A DNA stretch of 64,000 nt, from assembly GCF_001194135.2 (NCBI RefSeq), contig NC_068983.1, positions 72,357,195 to 72,421,194 on the forward strand, written 5' to 3'. Positions 38,504-51,399 of this stretch are shown in pieces (within the stretch, counting starts at the first letter, position 1; each line of letters starts with the position of its first letter). The position numbers were made by a program, and so were the translations under genes. This DNA comes from Octopus bimaculoides. Its lineage: Eukaryota. The notes under the pieces were generated by a model. The model did not search any database and had not been told where the DNA came from. It was given only the letters and a program-made list of their open reading frames with translations.

Positions 38504-39603
38504 CTGGAAGCATATGTAAAAGCTATGTGAAGATATGCAAAGGCCCTACTTCTTTGGTTACTATCTATACCAGCCATATAACCTTTGTAACTATATACAT
38601 CTAAATACCAACAAACAACTTGATAATCAACATTGACATGAACACTATAATATCATTATAAACATATCTTTTCTTCTATGATATCTGTATTTTCCAGGTG
38701 ATACAGACAAGCTAAACCACTCATGTACACCAAAGTAACTAGCCATACTAGGCTCCAATTTTGAACTAAGTTATTTATTTATTACATATCACAATTGGCA
38801 AGGAAAAGTTTTATTGATTATAGGTTTTGAAAGGAGCAATCTCCAGTTCATCGCACTCAGACAGCATAAGTGACAGGAAGTGTTTATAACTCAGTAGAAT
38901 AATTTCATTCAAAGATCAAGTTTCCACTGATATTTACTCACAAACTTATTAAAGTTCATGTTATAATTTAAATTGCTGTTGAGAAACTGAACAATAAGAA
39001 ACAGAAAATGTAAACCAAACCAAGTCAAATTAAATAGATAAAAGCGACACAGAATTGGTGTTGGGTGCAACTCATAGAATAAAATCAAAACATTGAGTTA
39101 GTTAGCAAATCAAGTTAACTATACACATTTTAAGCATTTATAACTTCCAGATGACAAATGGCAAATATGTTTGCCTGTGAGTGAGAGAGAGCGGTATATA
39201 TATAAACAAATAGTAAATGAGTATATGCATATATACGTACAGGTATGTGCATACCGACATCCACCTGTATGTATAGGTGCATATCTGGGTACAGGACATT
39301 GCAAACAAAACGTAGACGAGAAAACACACAAGCCACATAGAGAACATATATATATATATCATCATCATCATCATCATCATCATTGTTTAACGTCCGCTTT
39401 CCATGCTAGCATGGNNNNNNNNNNAGTGAGAGAGAGCGGTATATATATAAACAAATAGTAAATGAGTATATGCATATATACGTACAGGTATGTGCATACC
39501 GACATCCACCTGTATGTATAGGTGCATATCTGGGTACAGGACATTGCAAACAAAACGTAGACGAGAAAACACACAAGCCACATAGAGAACATATATATAT
39601 ATA

Positions 39604-40651
39604 TCATCATCATCATCATCATCATCATTGTTTAACGTCCGCTTTCCATGCTAGCATGGGTTGAATGATTTGACTGAGGGCTGGCAAGCCAGAAGGCTGA
39701 ACCAGGCTCCAATCTCATCTGGTAGAGTTTCTAAAGGTGGATGCCCTTCTTAACGCCAACTACTCCGAGAGTGTAGTGGGTGCTTTTTACATATCATTGG
39801 CACAAGGGCCATTCAGGCAGTACTGGCATCGGCCACGCTTGAATGATGCTTTTTACATGTCACCAGCACAGTAGCCAGTCGGGCAGCACTGACAACAATC
39901 ATGCTCAAATGGTGCTTTTTACATGCCACCAGCATGGGACCAGTCAGGCGGCGCTGGCATCGACCACACTCGAATGGGGCTTTTGTACTTGCCACAGGCA
40001 CGAGTACCAATCAGGCAGTACTGTCATTGGCCACAACACCGACTTCACTTGCCTCAACAGGTCTTCGCAAGCACAGATTATTGCCCAATGATTGAAGGGT
40101 ACTGTTAACTGGGCTGGTTATGCTGCACTGGCATAGGCTACGGTTATAGTCTCACTTGGCTTGACAGGTCTTCTCAAGCACAGTATATCTCCAAAGGTCT
40201 CGGTCATTTGTCATCGCCTCGGTGAGGTTCAATGTTCGAAGGTCATGCTTCACCATCTCATCCCAGGTCTTCCTGGGTCTATCTCTTCTACAGGTTCCCT
40301 CTACTGCTAGGGTGTGACACTTTTTCACACAGCTCTCCTCATCCATTCACAACACATGACCATACCAGCGCAGTCGTCTCTCTTGCACACCACATCTGAT
40401 GTTTCTTAGGTCCAACTTTTCTCTCAGGGCACTTACACTTTGTCGTGTATGCACACTGACATTACACATCCAGCGGAGCATACTAGCTTCATTCCTTGCA
40501 AGCTTACGCATGTCCTCAGCAGTCACAGCCCATGCTTCACTGCCATGTAGCATGGCTATTTGCATGTATGCATCTTACAGTCTACCTTTTACTCTGAGCG
40601 AGATGCCCTTTGTCACCAGCAGAGGTAGGAGCTCTCTGAAGTTTCCTACCT
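39604..40651 (-). mobile_element. 5'-truncated RTE LINE: ORF2 C-terminus, 3' UTR with about 60-bp repeats, (GAT)n tail
   Basis: KFRELLPLLVTKGISLRVKGRL..AMLHGSEAWA..MLRWMCNVSV..RRLRWYGHV..GRPRKTW-like RDRPRKTWDEMVKHDL..DRDLWR. Confidence 0.92.
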
Positions 40652-42632
40652 ATAATAGAACAGTAAACTATATGCATACATATACTTACATACATATATG
40701 CACTCACACTCATACATATATATCATCAAAAATATATAAATATTAGCAAACACTAAATCTGCTTCCATAAATAATACTATGTATAAGTTTTGAGAGAAGT
40801 AGACTAACGCATTAGTAAGAATAAAGAATTACTCTACTCCTTAATCACAAGAGTAATAATGAAGTTATAAAATAGGTAGACTATGAACTTGCCTCTTTGA
40901 GTAGGTAACCGTAGGAGGTTACACTTCTACTTAAATCTAAATAACCACCCTAGACCTACTGATTATTTCAAATGAGGTTCTGGACTATAACATTTAAATA
41001 CATGTAATTTTTCCTTCTACCTGTTACATAAATATATCTACATCAGATGGTTACCATCATTGTGTACATATATTCTAGTGTGTTTGTATTACTGTATTGC
41101 TGCAACTCTAGTTCTTACACTTAACATTAAGGTACAGATGTATTGGTATATAGTGTTGAACTTAAGGTAATCTGTGTTTCCATACATATACTTCTGTAAA
41201 ACCAGGTAGATATATTTCGTCATGTATATTCATTATGTCATGTTAATTTTCTATTCTGTTTCTTTTACTTTCATCTAACCTCACGTAAGAATATTCATTC
41301 TTGTTAGAATATTTATATATGTGTGTATATTAGTGTGTCAAAGAAATGAAGGTCAAACAAAAGAATTGATGTAGAAAGATGGATGAATGGATGTATGCAT
41401 ATATATTTGCTTATATATCTATGCACATGTACAGATATGTGTGTGTGTGTATGTACCTGTCTGTATATATATATATGCATATGTGTATGTATATATGTAT
41501 GTCAGTGTATGGGTGACTGTTTGGTACATACATGGAAATGTATGTTTATCCACATGCAAGTTGCATATGTACTTGTATGCATGCATATATGCTAAGCCTT
41601 AAGTGTACCAGATGATTGTATGCATCTAAGTGAAGCTCATTCAATCTATGAGTGTCGGTGTTGCCATGTAAGTGTCTGCATATACTTATATATTATCTAT
41701 GTTCATTTATTTATATGTGGTCACAAGTGAATATGTGTCCTGCTACTTGTCAATGTGCATATAAATAAATTTAGGTGTAATAAGAACATATAACAGACAT
41801 GTATTACATGAGCATATTTGCATGTGTCTGTGTACACACACAGAGAGAATTTTGTGTGTGTGTATATATATATAAATATATGTATGTGTGTGTGCATGCA
41901 TGTGTATGTATAAAGTGCATGGTGTGTGTGTGTGTAAATGCTGATGTGAAAAGTGTGTAAATAATGTATCAATATGTATGGTGGTTATAACTATTGGTAT
42001 TGTATACATATAGTTTTAAGTGTATGTGTGTAGGTGTTCATCTATTTATAGCTTTCGTCATTTGTATACATTTAAAAAGTTCTCCCTCCCGATGCCTAAT
42101 ATCCACCATTCATCTACCACTACTTCTACTTAATTCAACTTCATTTTTCAGTTTCACTTTTATGAATTCTTTCGCTTATTAGATAGCATTATTATTATAA
42201 TGATGAGTTTAATAATTATTAAAACATTCGACTATTACTTCTAAACACCATATCCCTCCTTCTTCAACTCTCTCTTTCTTTATTTCTTCCTTCCTTTCTG
42301 TCTTTCTTTCCCCTTCTCCTCTATTCTATAAAGTTTTTATTCAGCTTTCATACAGATTTAGATTACTTGATTTGTAAAGATCAGCTATAAGAATTGAAAC
42401 AAAACTTATACTATGCAAGGTAATCAATAACAAACATTCACACACACACACACACACACACACATAATCATCATCATCATCATAATCATTATCAACATCA
42501 TTTAGCATCCACTTTTCCCCATGGCCAGACATGTTCATGCACAATATTGGGAATGAATGACACAGCACATATGACTTTAACACTCACAATTATTAGGCAC
42601 TGTCAAAACAAGAGACACAAACATACACACTT

Positions 42633-42665
<33 letters not shown>

Positions 42666-42670
<5 letters not shown>

Positions 42671-43142
42671 GCATCTGCTTAGGGATCCTGCCATCCTTCA
42701 TTCTAATAAGGTGCCCTGTCCAACATAACCGGTGCTTGTTCACCATCGCCTCAATACTTGTGAATGGAAAAAGACCCTGGCAGAAACCAAGGCTGCGATT
42801 TAAGGACTGTGTCAAGTCCTCATTAAAAGCCTGTGATATTCAGGAGAGTGACTGGGAGAATAATCCCTATCATTGCCACGGATGGAGGAAGCAGGTTAAG
42901 AAGAGGGGGGTCGACATTTTTGGGAGAGCACATATTCTGCATGAAGAAATTAAGCGTGCTGCTCAGGTGTAGCGAATGGGGAAAGCTGGTCTGCAATGCT
43001 TGCAGTCATGTATGCTTGTCAAGAGAAGGGCTCCTTAGCCACCAACAGAGCCGCAAATGCAAAATATAAGTTAGTCCTAGAGGACACAATGTTCCTAAAG
43101 GTCAGCAATGGTCTTCCTCGGTCACAAGTGGACAGCCATCAT
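42666..43142 (+). mobile_element. RTE-clade LINE 3' end with inverted 5' segment
   Basis: Minus 42666-42761 encodes TSIEAMVNKHRLCWTGHLIRMKDGRIPKQMLY. Plus from 42756 continues LVNGKRP..RFKDCVKSSLKAC..W..CNAC..SREGLLSH. Confidence 0.85.
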
Positions 43143-43152
43143 ATATGTGCAT

Positions 43153-43196
<44 letters not shown>

Positions 43197-43334
43197 CTGT
43201 TACAAAAGTATTCTAATTAGCATTAGAGAGGTAGGTGTTTCACACAGTGGAAAAGTTCAAAGTATTATTACCTCTGCTGGAACAAAGGGGTTTTCTCTAC
43301 AGATTATGTGATACTTCTATATAAAGTGAAATGT

Positions 43335-43560
43335 TGCACGGGGTCAAAACACAGGTACTGAATGCAGAGGATGAGCCAACAAAGGATGTGCAATGTTAGT
43401 GTGTATGAATAGTAAAGCACAAATGAACTAACAAAACGACTGATTATGAGAGGAATCAGATGTAGCATCTAAGACAGAAATCTGTGCTGGTACAGAGATC
43501 TGATGTGTATAGAGAATGACAGTTGAGCAAAGGGATGCCAAACAATCAAAGTGAAAGAGG
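43335..43560 (+). mobile_element. Old RTE ORF2 C-terminal remnant
   Basis: WMCNVSVYE..RGIRCS..LCWY.. with stops; same region as the 40347-40565 ORF. Confidence 0.6.
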
Positions 43561-44199
43561 AAGAGTGGGGAAATTATGAGAAGTAAAGAAATTGATATTC
43601 ATATCTTCATGAGGAAGATGAAGCAATACTATAATATATGGCAAAACTATGCTAGGGAAAACATATCAAACCAATTTTCTAAGCAAGGAGGAGGAAGAGG
43701 AGGTATAAATATTTGGTAGATTTTGAACATGCTAATATGTCAAAATATGATCATGAAAAATTGTTTAAATCTATTTCCTTCATAATTTAGGAAGCAATAA
43801 AATTTACTTCATCTTACCACAGATCTACTGCGAGTTTTCTATAGAAAATTTCCCCTGTGACTAATGTTACATAAGATTATAATATCCATATCCATTTACA
43901 GTACTGGTTTATTAATAAAAGACCATGCATTAAACACACACCATTAAGTATTTTAGAATGGTGTCTAATCTGAATTAGAATATAACTGGTCCAAAGTAAC
44001 ACTGAAAATATTAGTTTGCTATCAGAGATAAATTAAAAGGTTTTACTTTGCTCAATTCACTCATAAAAAAAATCGGTGATAAATAGGCGGACAAAATTCT
44101 TCCATGAATATGTACACTCATACACGGGTGTTCGTGTGTGTGTGTGTTCGTGTGTGTGTATTTACATATATATATAAAAATTTATGTGTGTATACACAC

Positions 44200-44265
<66 letters not shown>

Positions 44266-44274
44266 GTGTATATA

Positions 44275-44490
44275 TGATCTGGCAGTGTTTCTACAGCTGC
44301 ATGCCCTTCCTAACACCAACCACACCGAGAGTGTAGTGGGTGCTTTTTATGTGCCACCACCACAGGAGCCAGAGGAGCTGGCATCAACCATGATCACATG
44401 GTGCTTTTTACATGCCACCAGCATGGAAGCCAGTCAAAGCGGCACTGGCATCGACCTCGTTCAGATGGTGCTTTTTTACATGCTACCGGT
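44275..44490 (-). mobile_element. RTE 3' UTR fragment embedded in (TA)n/(CA)n
   Basis: Homology to 39700-39990. Confidence 0.8.
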
Positions 44491-44588
44491 ACAGGGCTTA
44501 CAATATATATATACATAAACATATATGTACATATATACATATATATACATACACACACAGATACGTGTATATATATATATATATACAC

Positions 44589-44639
<51 letters not shown>

Positions 44640-46534
44640 TACACATATATGCATACACATACACACACATATATATATAGACACATGTACATGCATTTAC
44701 ACACATACACACACAATTTTATATATATGTGTAAGCCTGTGTGTTCTCATTATTTATAACAAATATTAAATTATTTCAATAATTGAATTAGTTTGAAACT
44801 CATAAATATATGCACCAAAAACCCAAATATTTATAAATCAATTTGTTAAATTTCATTTTGAAAATTAATGGCCCTTACTGTCATTAAAAGTTTCATTAAA
44901 ATGTTGGAAACTAGCAACCATTATTCAACAGAATTTCATTTAGAATATAATCCGTTATGGAAAACAGAAAATTTTCTTAAATGTAAAAAATAGAGAACAT
45001 AAATATATTTCATGAAATTTGAATTGTCAGATTTATATCTTACAACAACATTGACTTTGAAATAGAAAGTAGCTAAAATAATTATATTTTACATCGGGAT
45101 GTTTGTGGGGGAAAAAAAACAAAAAAACAAATTAGTTGTCCCACTATACTTGCTACCCAGTGTTTGGAACCAATAAAAGATTTTTTTTTTAATATATATA
45201 AGGGCTTAGTTAAATAGATTTGTGGGTTGAAATGGAAGAAAATACTATGACTTATGAGTTGCTATAGTAGGACTTAGCTCATCAATATACTGAGTTATCC
45301 TCAGATTGGAGACATAGTCAGAATACCTGCAAAAGAGTCAACTCCACAAGGGTACCCAGGCCTGAGGTAGTGATGCTAAACTGAGTGACAGATTAGATGT
45401 ACAACCCAAGAACAAGTAGAGTCTATCCAATGAGATTTTTGTGCAGTTTTCATCAGCCCCCTTTCACCTACTTCACTTGGGTCATTCTGAGGATATAGCA
45501 GAATATGAATGACCAAGTTGCTATGCATAGGATTAAATCCACAACCATATAGCTGTGAAGTGAACTTTTAGACCACATAACCATACCTGTATGCAAAAAA
45601 AATTCTTGGGTCAATAAAATTTTCACAGAACTGAGGGAACAGGTATGGCTGTGTAGTGAAAGAAGTTCACTTTGCAACTACATGGTTTCAAGTTCAGTCC
45701 TACAGTGTCACCTTGGGCAAGTGTCTTTTACTATATCCCTGAGTCAATCAAAATTTTGTGAGTGGATTTGATAGATGGAAGCTGGTTGTTTACATATCTG
45801 TATGTATATGTATACACACACACACACACACGTCTATATGTGTACATGTGCTTTTGTAAGCATGAGTGTATTTCCCTTGCATTCACTAGTTTGTAAGCAA
45901 TGGTTTCCTAATGGTGTTATTTACTTGTAGTCAACTGCAAAATTGTTCTTTGGATTTCTTGACAGGACTTGGCATGTTACGTGATCTTTGTAAACAAAGT
46001 GCTTATTCATACAACCTCATTTGTTTCCAGTTCTCGATATAAAATATCCTCAGGCTGTTAGTTGTTTGATAGACTGAGGGATTATTACCCTCTTTGGAAA
46101 CAAGTGATGGTTGGTGACAGGAAAGGCATTTAACCATAGAAAACTTTGCTCCAATGTATTCTCATTTGACCCATGCAAGAATGGAAAAGTAGAAGCTAAA
46201 ATGATAATAATGATGGAACATGCAAAGCTCAAATAATATAGATGAAATATATAAAAAATAAAACTGAAGTTATATCATTTTGGTTTAAATTAATTTCAGA
46301 ATATTCATTTCACATGTAATATCATCCAACAAGATACTTTTGCTTATTATTGCTAAATTTACATAGTACAAAATCACAAGATGTCACGCTAGTAAAAGTA
46401 TAAATTATGAATGGTAATGAACTGAAATTGATTGATATTTGGAGTGACTTATTAAAACCTTCAAAATAGATATCATAAATCAGACAAAAAATGCAATTAA
46501 GTTACTACAATCAGTTAGGAATCAATGGTATTAC

Positions 46535-46639
46535 CTTTCATGAGATCACAACAGAAGAGGAAATGTTTAAATCTTTTGATACCAGCCTGCCAGAGACAGC
46601 CCCTTACTCTACGATACAAATATCTTGTTTTGAAGTGAT
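46535..46639 (-). CDS. Candidate exon (HFKTRYLYRRVRGCLWQAGIKRFKHFLFCCDLMK), phase 1-1
   Basis: Acceptor gtttttaatttag, donor aaag|gtaata, only one frame open across it. Confidence 0.28.
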
Positions 46640-48582
46640 CTAAATTAAAAACTTCCACCAAAATTTCATGTTAACTTAGGTTCCAAAAAACCAGCTTAAT
46701 AATGACAGTTATTTTACTAAATCCTTCAATATTTTCAGAGTTAATTGAAACAAAGGCAGTAAAGGAGACTTGAAGTTTAGTTCATTTCCACTTGAAAAGG
46801 AATTTAAAAACAAATAATTACTTGATAAATAGTCTCTATGTCTGAGATGAGCTTTTAATAAGGTTACACTTTTTCGCCCTATTAACCACATTTTTAGCAA
46901 TGAAAGTTATTAATATTTACAAAGGTATAATTTGATCAGTTTGATCTCAAATTGCTCTCATGTGTCTTATTCATGGATGTGTACATAATAATATTCCATT
47001 AATCTAGTACTCAGTAATCTGGCAGAGCTAACTGTCCAGTGCTTTCTTTTAGCTCTTCATAATTTTTTCCCTAAGCCCCATCAGTGGTTGCCAGCATGAT
47101 TCTATCACTGTGTGCAATTAAATTGAAAATAACAGTGGCCAACACCTAAGTATGTATATATTTCACATCCTTTAGTGAAAACATCTCCTAGTGTGATCAA
47201 ACGAAGCCAATTTGGGAAAAGTCTGTGGGTTAAAGTAAGTAACAGTCCCATTGCATCACAAAATTGAAATAACACATTTGAAAAGTGGAGAAACTTTTAT
47301 ATATAACTTAGGTTCTTACACAATTTATGAAATGGAATGAGAAAAAGCTAATACAACTTATGGATCATTCAATGACAAGCAACGGTGTTGATGGTAGCGA
47401 ATATTTGAAAAAAAAAAAAAAACTTTCAGAACTAGATGCAGTGTTGTTTTTAAGGGCTTTAGTACATAGCAATAAAAAATAAAATAGTTTCAAGGTCAAT
47501 AGTCATTGAAAATACCAAGCAATTATACAAAGATAAGTGAGTATCACAGAGATTTGTGTTGTTATAGTTGAGTAGCTGAGAAACTTTAAAATATAACATG
47601 ACATTTGTAAACTTAATTTAACTAGTGAAAAGGTGGAAATTATTGAGGCTACTGAAAAATATAGTTTTATATTCCATAACCTGGTTAAAAAGCATGATTT
47701 TGTTTTGTTTTGTTTTGTACTTTTTAAAGTTCCAATACACTGGAATGTTTGATAATCCAGAACAACCCATGTCCAAAGAGTAATGGATTAGAGGAACTTG
47801 TTCCAAACTAGATTCAAACCATGAAATTGTACTTCTAAATTAAGGAGAATAACACTTTTATTAACAAAAGAGAACACATCTTCAGTCATACATCAGTGGC
47901 CTACAGGTTGATACTTTGTGCATATCCCAGAATTAGATACTTGAAGAGTATTGGAGACTAAACCAACGGAACTAAACATAGTATGAATACTAAAAAAAGT
48001 TTCATCTCAAAGGTTACTAGTCCAAAAACATAAACAATCTTAAAAATAATTAAATAATTACTTCAACATATTTAAGTCCTCTTCAACAGAAAGTACAGAA
48101 GTCAAAGAAAAGCAAAATGGATATGCCATGATACCTACAACACATAAAAAATGTGTTATACTTCTGAAAATAAACTACTTTAAATCACCTATGACTAGCT
48201 GTCAGAGATAGCTGAAGACATTAATTTGTTACTATCAGGATACTATGAACAAACCCAACTCAACGATATGGATGAGGTTGACCACAATACTGTAAGCAAA
48301 CTCTCAATATAAGACTGCACATCTGAAAATAGACATAGAATATTTACTAATGAAAATTAATCAATACTGCAATACTGGAATATATGAACAGACACATTTA
48401 CACATTTCAGCAACAGGTTTAGGCATACATATCTGCAAGCACACGAGCACACACACACATGCATGAGAGCATATACACACACATTGAAACATATATATTT
48501 GTACACTTTTTAGTCTTCACTAGTTACAGGTCTGTATGGTGAGATTGTACATGTGATCATAAGATGTGTGTGTGTGTGTGTG

Positions 48583-48629
<47 letters not shown>

Positions 48630-48944
48630 ATGATTTGTCTGTACATACCTTTAACAGGCATGTGACATCAGACAGTATCCTAATGCCTACTACTACTACT
48701 ACATCATGATAGTATCTGATGTCACTATTGTACAACACATATATTCAGCTGCTATGCAATTAAGTACTCTTTTTACCTTTGTGTGATTACAGGTTAAATG
48801 TGTGCAAAGATATTTAGATGACCCCCTATACCTAAGTATAAATAGATTCAGACGTTCACAGCAATATTCACATATCGTTACATCCTCCCTTAATCGCACT
48901 ATCACTTTTATACACATCTATATAGTCATATCCATGCTTTAGCT

Positions 48945-49590
48945 TTTATCCTTCACTTGTTCCAGTTATTAGACTGCGGGCATGCTGGGGCACTGTTGTG
49001 AAGAATTTTTAGTTGAATGAATTGACCCCAGAACTTATGTTTTTTTTTTTTAAGCCCAGTACTTATTCTATCGGTCTCTTTTGCCAAACTGCTAAGTTAC
49101 AGGGAATTAAACACACCAACACCATTGTCAAGCAGAGGTGGGGGACAAACTGACACAAAAACACACACAGATATATATATATACATATATATATATATTC
49201 TTTTATTCACTTACTTGTTACAGTCATTTGACTGCAACCATGCTGGAGTACCACCTTGAAGGGTTGTAGTTGAACAAATTGACCCCAGGACTTATTCTGT
49301 AAGCCTAGTACTTATTCTATTGACCAATTTTGCCAAATTGTTAAGTTAATGGGAAGTAAACACACCAACACTGGTGGTCAAGTGATGGTGGGGGGACAAA
49401 CACAGACACAAAGACACACACACAAATATATATACGACAGTCTTCTTTCAGTTTCCATCTACCAAATCCACTCACAAGGCTTTGGTTAGCCCAAGACTAT
49501 AGCTGAAGACATTTGCCCAAAGTGCCCGCACAGCAGGACTGAACCCAGAACCATGTGGTTGGGAAGCAAGCTTCTTATCACACAGCCATG
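48945..49590 (-). mobile_element. Two tandem SINE family B copies (3' partial plus near full-length)
   Basis: Homology to 25563-25945. Confidence 0.85.
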
Positions 49591-49630
49591 CCCATGCCCA
49601 AGTATATATGTGTGTGTGTGTGTGTGTGTA

Positions 49631-49745
49631 TCATCATCATTGTTTAACATCCGTTTTCCATGCTAACATGAGTTGGACAGTTTGACTGGAGACTAGCAAG
49701 CCAGTAGGCTGCACCTGGCTCCAATCTGATCTGGCAAGGTTAATC
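49631..49745 (-). mobile_element. Short RTE 3'-end copy
   Basis: catcattgtttaacatccgttttccatgc..caatctgatctggcaagg. Confidence 0.75.
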
Positions 49746-50019
49746 ATATCTAATGCACATATAATTATAGGGGATGTTTTGTTTTTATGTTCCACATTCA
49801 GGTTATCTCTATCTCCAGATCTTTTCACCACAAATACCACCACCACCATCATCATTTGCGGTATTTCGTCTGCCTTTACATTCTGAGTTCAAATTCTGCT
49901 GAGACTTGATAAATTAAGTACCAATGAAACACTGGGGTCAATGTAATCAACTGGTCCCCTCCCCCAAAATTTCAGACCTTGTGCCTTTAGTAGAAATCGT
50001 CGTCGTCGTTGTCATCTCG

Positions 50020-50283
50020 TCTTTATCACAGGTTTTGTTGGAACTTCTGAAGTCTTGCATGCATAGTGGGCTTATTACCTGCAGCCTCTGGTGCCATGCT
50101 ATTCTTTCTTTTCAGCTATCTAATACTTTTCTGATTATTCTTTCCGTGCCAAGGAGGCAAACCTTTTGTAACAGTTCTACTGGGTGCTCTATTCCAATTT
50201 CTTTTATATTCCTCTTGATGCCTTCTGATACTGTTCCCAAGGACCCAACAATAACTGGCACTGTCTTCACTTTTTCCATTTTC
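50020..50283 (-). mobile_element. R4/Dong-like LINE extreme 3' end
   Basis: KVKTVPVIVGSLGTVSEG..ELLQKVCLLGTERIIRKVLDS*. Confidence 0.75.
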
Positions 50284-50334
50284 CATTATTATCATCATCG
50301 TCATCATCATTATTATTATTACTATTATTATTAT

Positions 50335-50771
50335 CCATGCCAACGTCGTCTCCTTCATTGGACACGAAATTCGGCTTGTGAAGACCTGTTGGGGCAAGCG
50401 AAAGCGAAATCGTCATGGCACCTGTGCCCAGCATTGCCTTCCTGGCACTTGTGCCAGATGGCATGTGTAAAGACATTCGAGCGAGATCGTTGCCAGTGCC
50501 GCCGAACTGGATCCTATGCAGGTGGCACGTAAAATACACCATTTTCAGTGTGGCCGTTGCCAGTACTGCCTGACTGGCCTTTGTGCCAGTGGCCCGTAAA
50601 AGCACCCACTACACTCTCAGAGTGGTTGGCTTTAGGAAGGGCATACAGCTGTAGAAACTCTGCCAAATCAGATTGGAGCCTGGTGTAGCCATCTGGTTTC
50701 ACCAGTCCTCAGTCAAATCGTCCAACCCATGCAAGCATGGAAAGCGGACGTTAAACGACGATGATGATGAT
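50335..50771 (+). mobile_element. Young RTE 3'-end copy
   Basis: CpG-rich, nearly identical to 54888-55221; (GAT)n tail. Confidence 0.9.
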
Positions 50772-50869
50772 CATCATCATCATCATCAGAGATGGTGATA
50801 TATATGGTTTATAAAACAGCTAAATTTTGTAACAGTGTAGCTGTTGAAAAATTTAATCAAGGCATACAT

Positions 50870-51200
50870 CATGTGAAAGTATTTTATTTCACCTTGGCTG
50901 CCACTTATTCTTTTTTCAAGGAAATTCAATGACATTACCATCACTGATATTATTCATTATCATTAAGCAATTCAAACATATCATTAGAAAAATAAAATAA
51001 AAAAGTTTACATTTATTAGATTACAATAAAGAATGATGAAAGCTTAACTTATACTATACCATCAACCATTTCTCCCATCACCTATCATGCCAACTATTCT
51101 GGATGAGTATTGTCTTTTCCCCTATGCATCAATTTCATTATTTAGAAAGAGTTCATTATGATCAGACCACTTCAAAAACTCTAACAATCCACCCAGGATT
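50870..51200. repeat. Unclassified repeat family G; inverted homologue at about 61400-61730
   Basis: For example, the reverse complement of 51061-51120 matches 61468-61530. Confidence 0.8.
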
Positions 51201-51355
51201 GGTAATTCAAATTGGTGATACACAAGATGCCAATGAGGAAGAGGTATTTTATGAGTTTAATATAAAGCATAGCTCTAATGAATAGCTGTTTTATTATTCT
51301 TATATGCAAGGGACTAGTATATAATTTAAAAATTAACAAAATCTCTTATGCAATT

Positions 51356-51399
<44 letters not shown>

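Noticed and set aside
49924-50532. 202-aa ORF, longest in the track
   Set aside because: Composite of a SINE, an antisense R4 fragment, triplet repeats and an RTE UTR.
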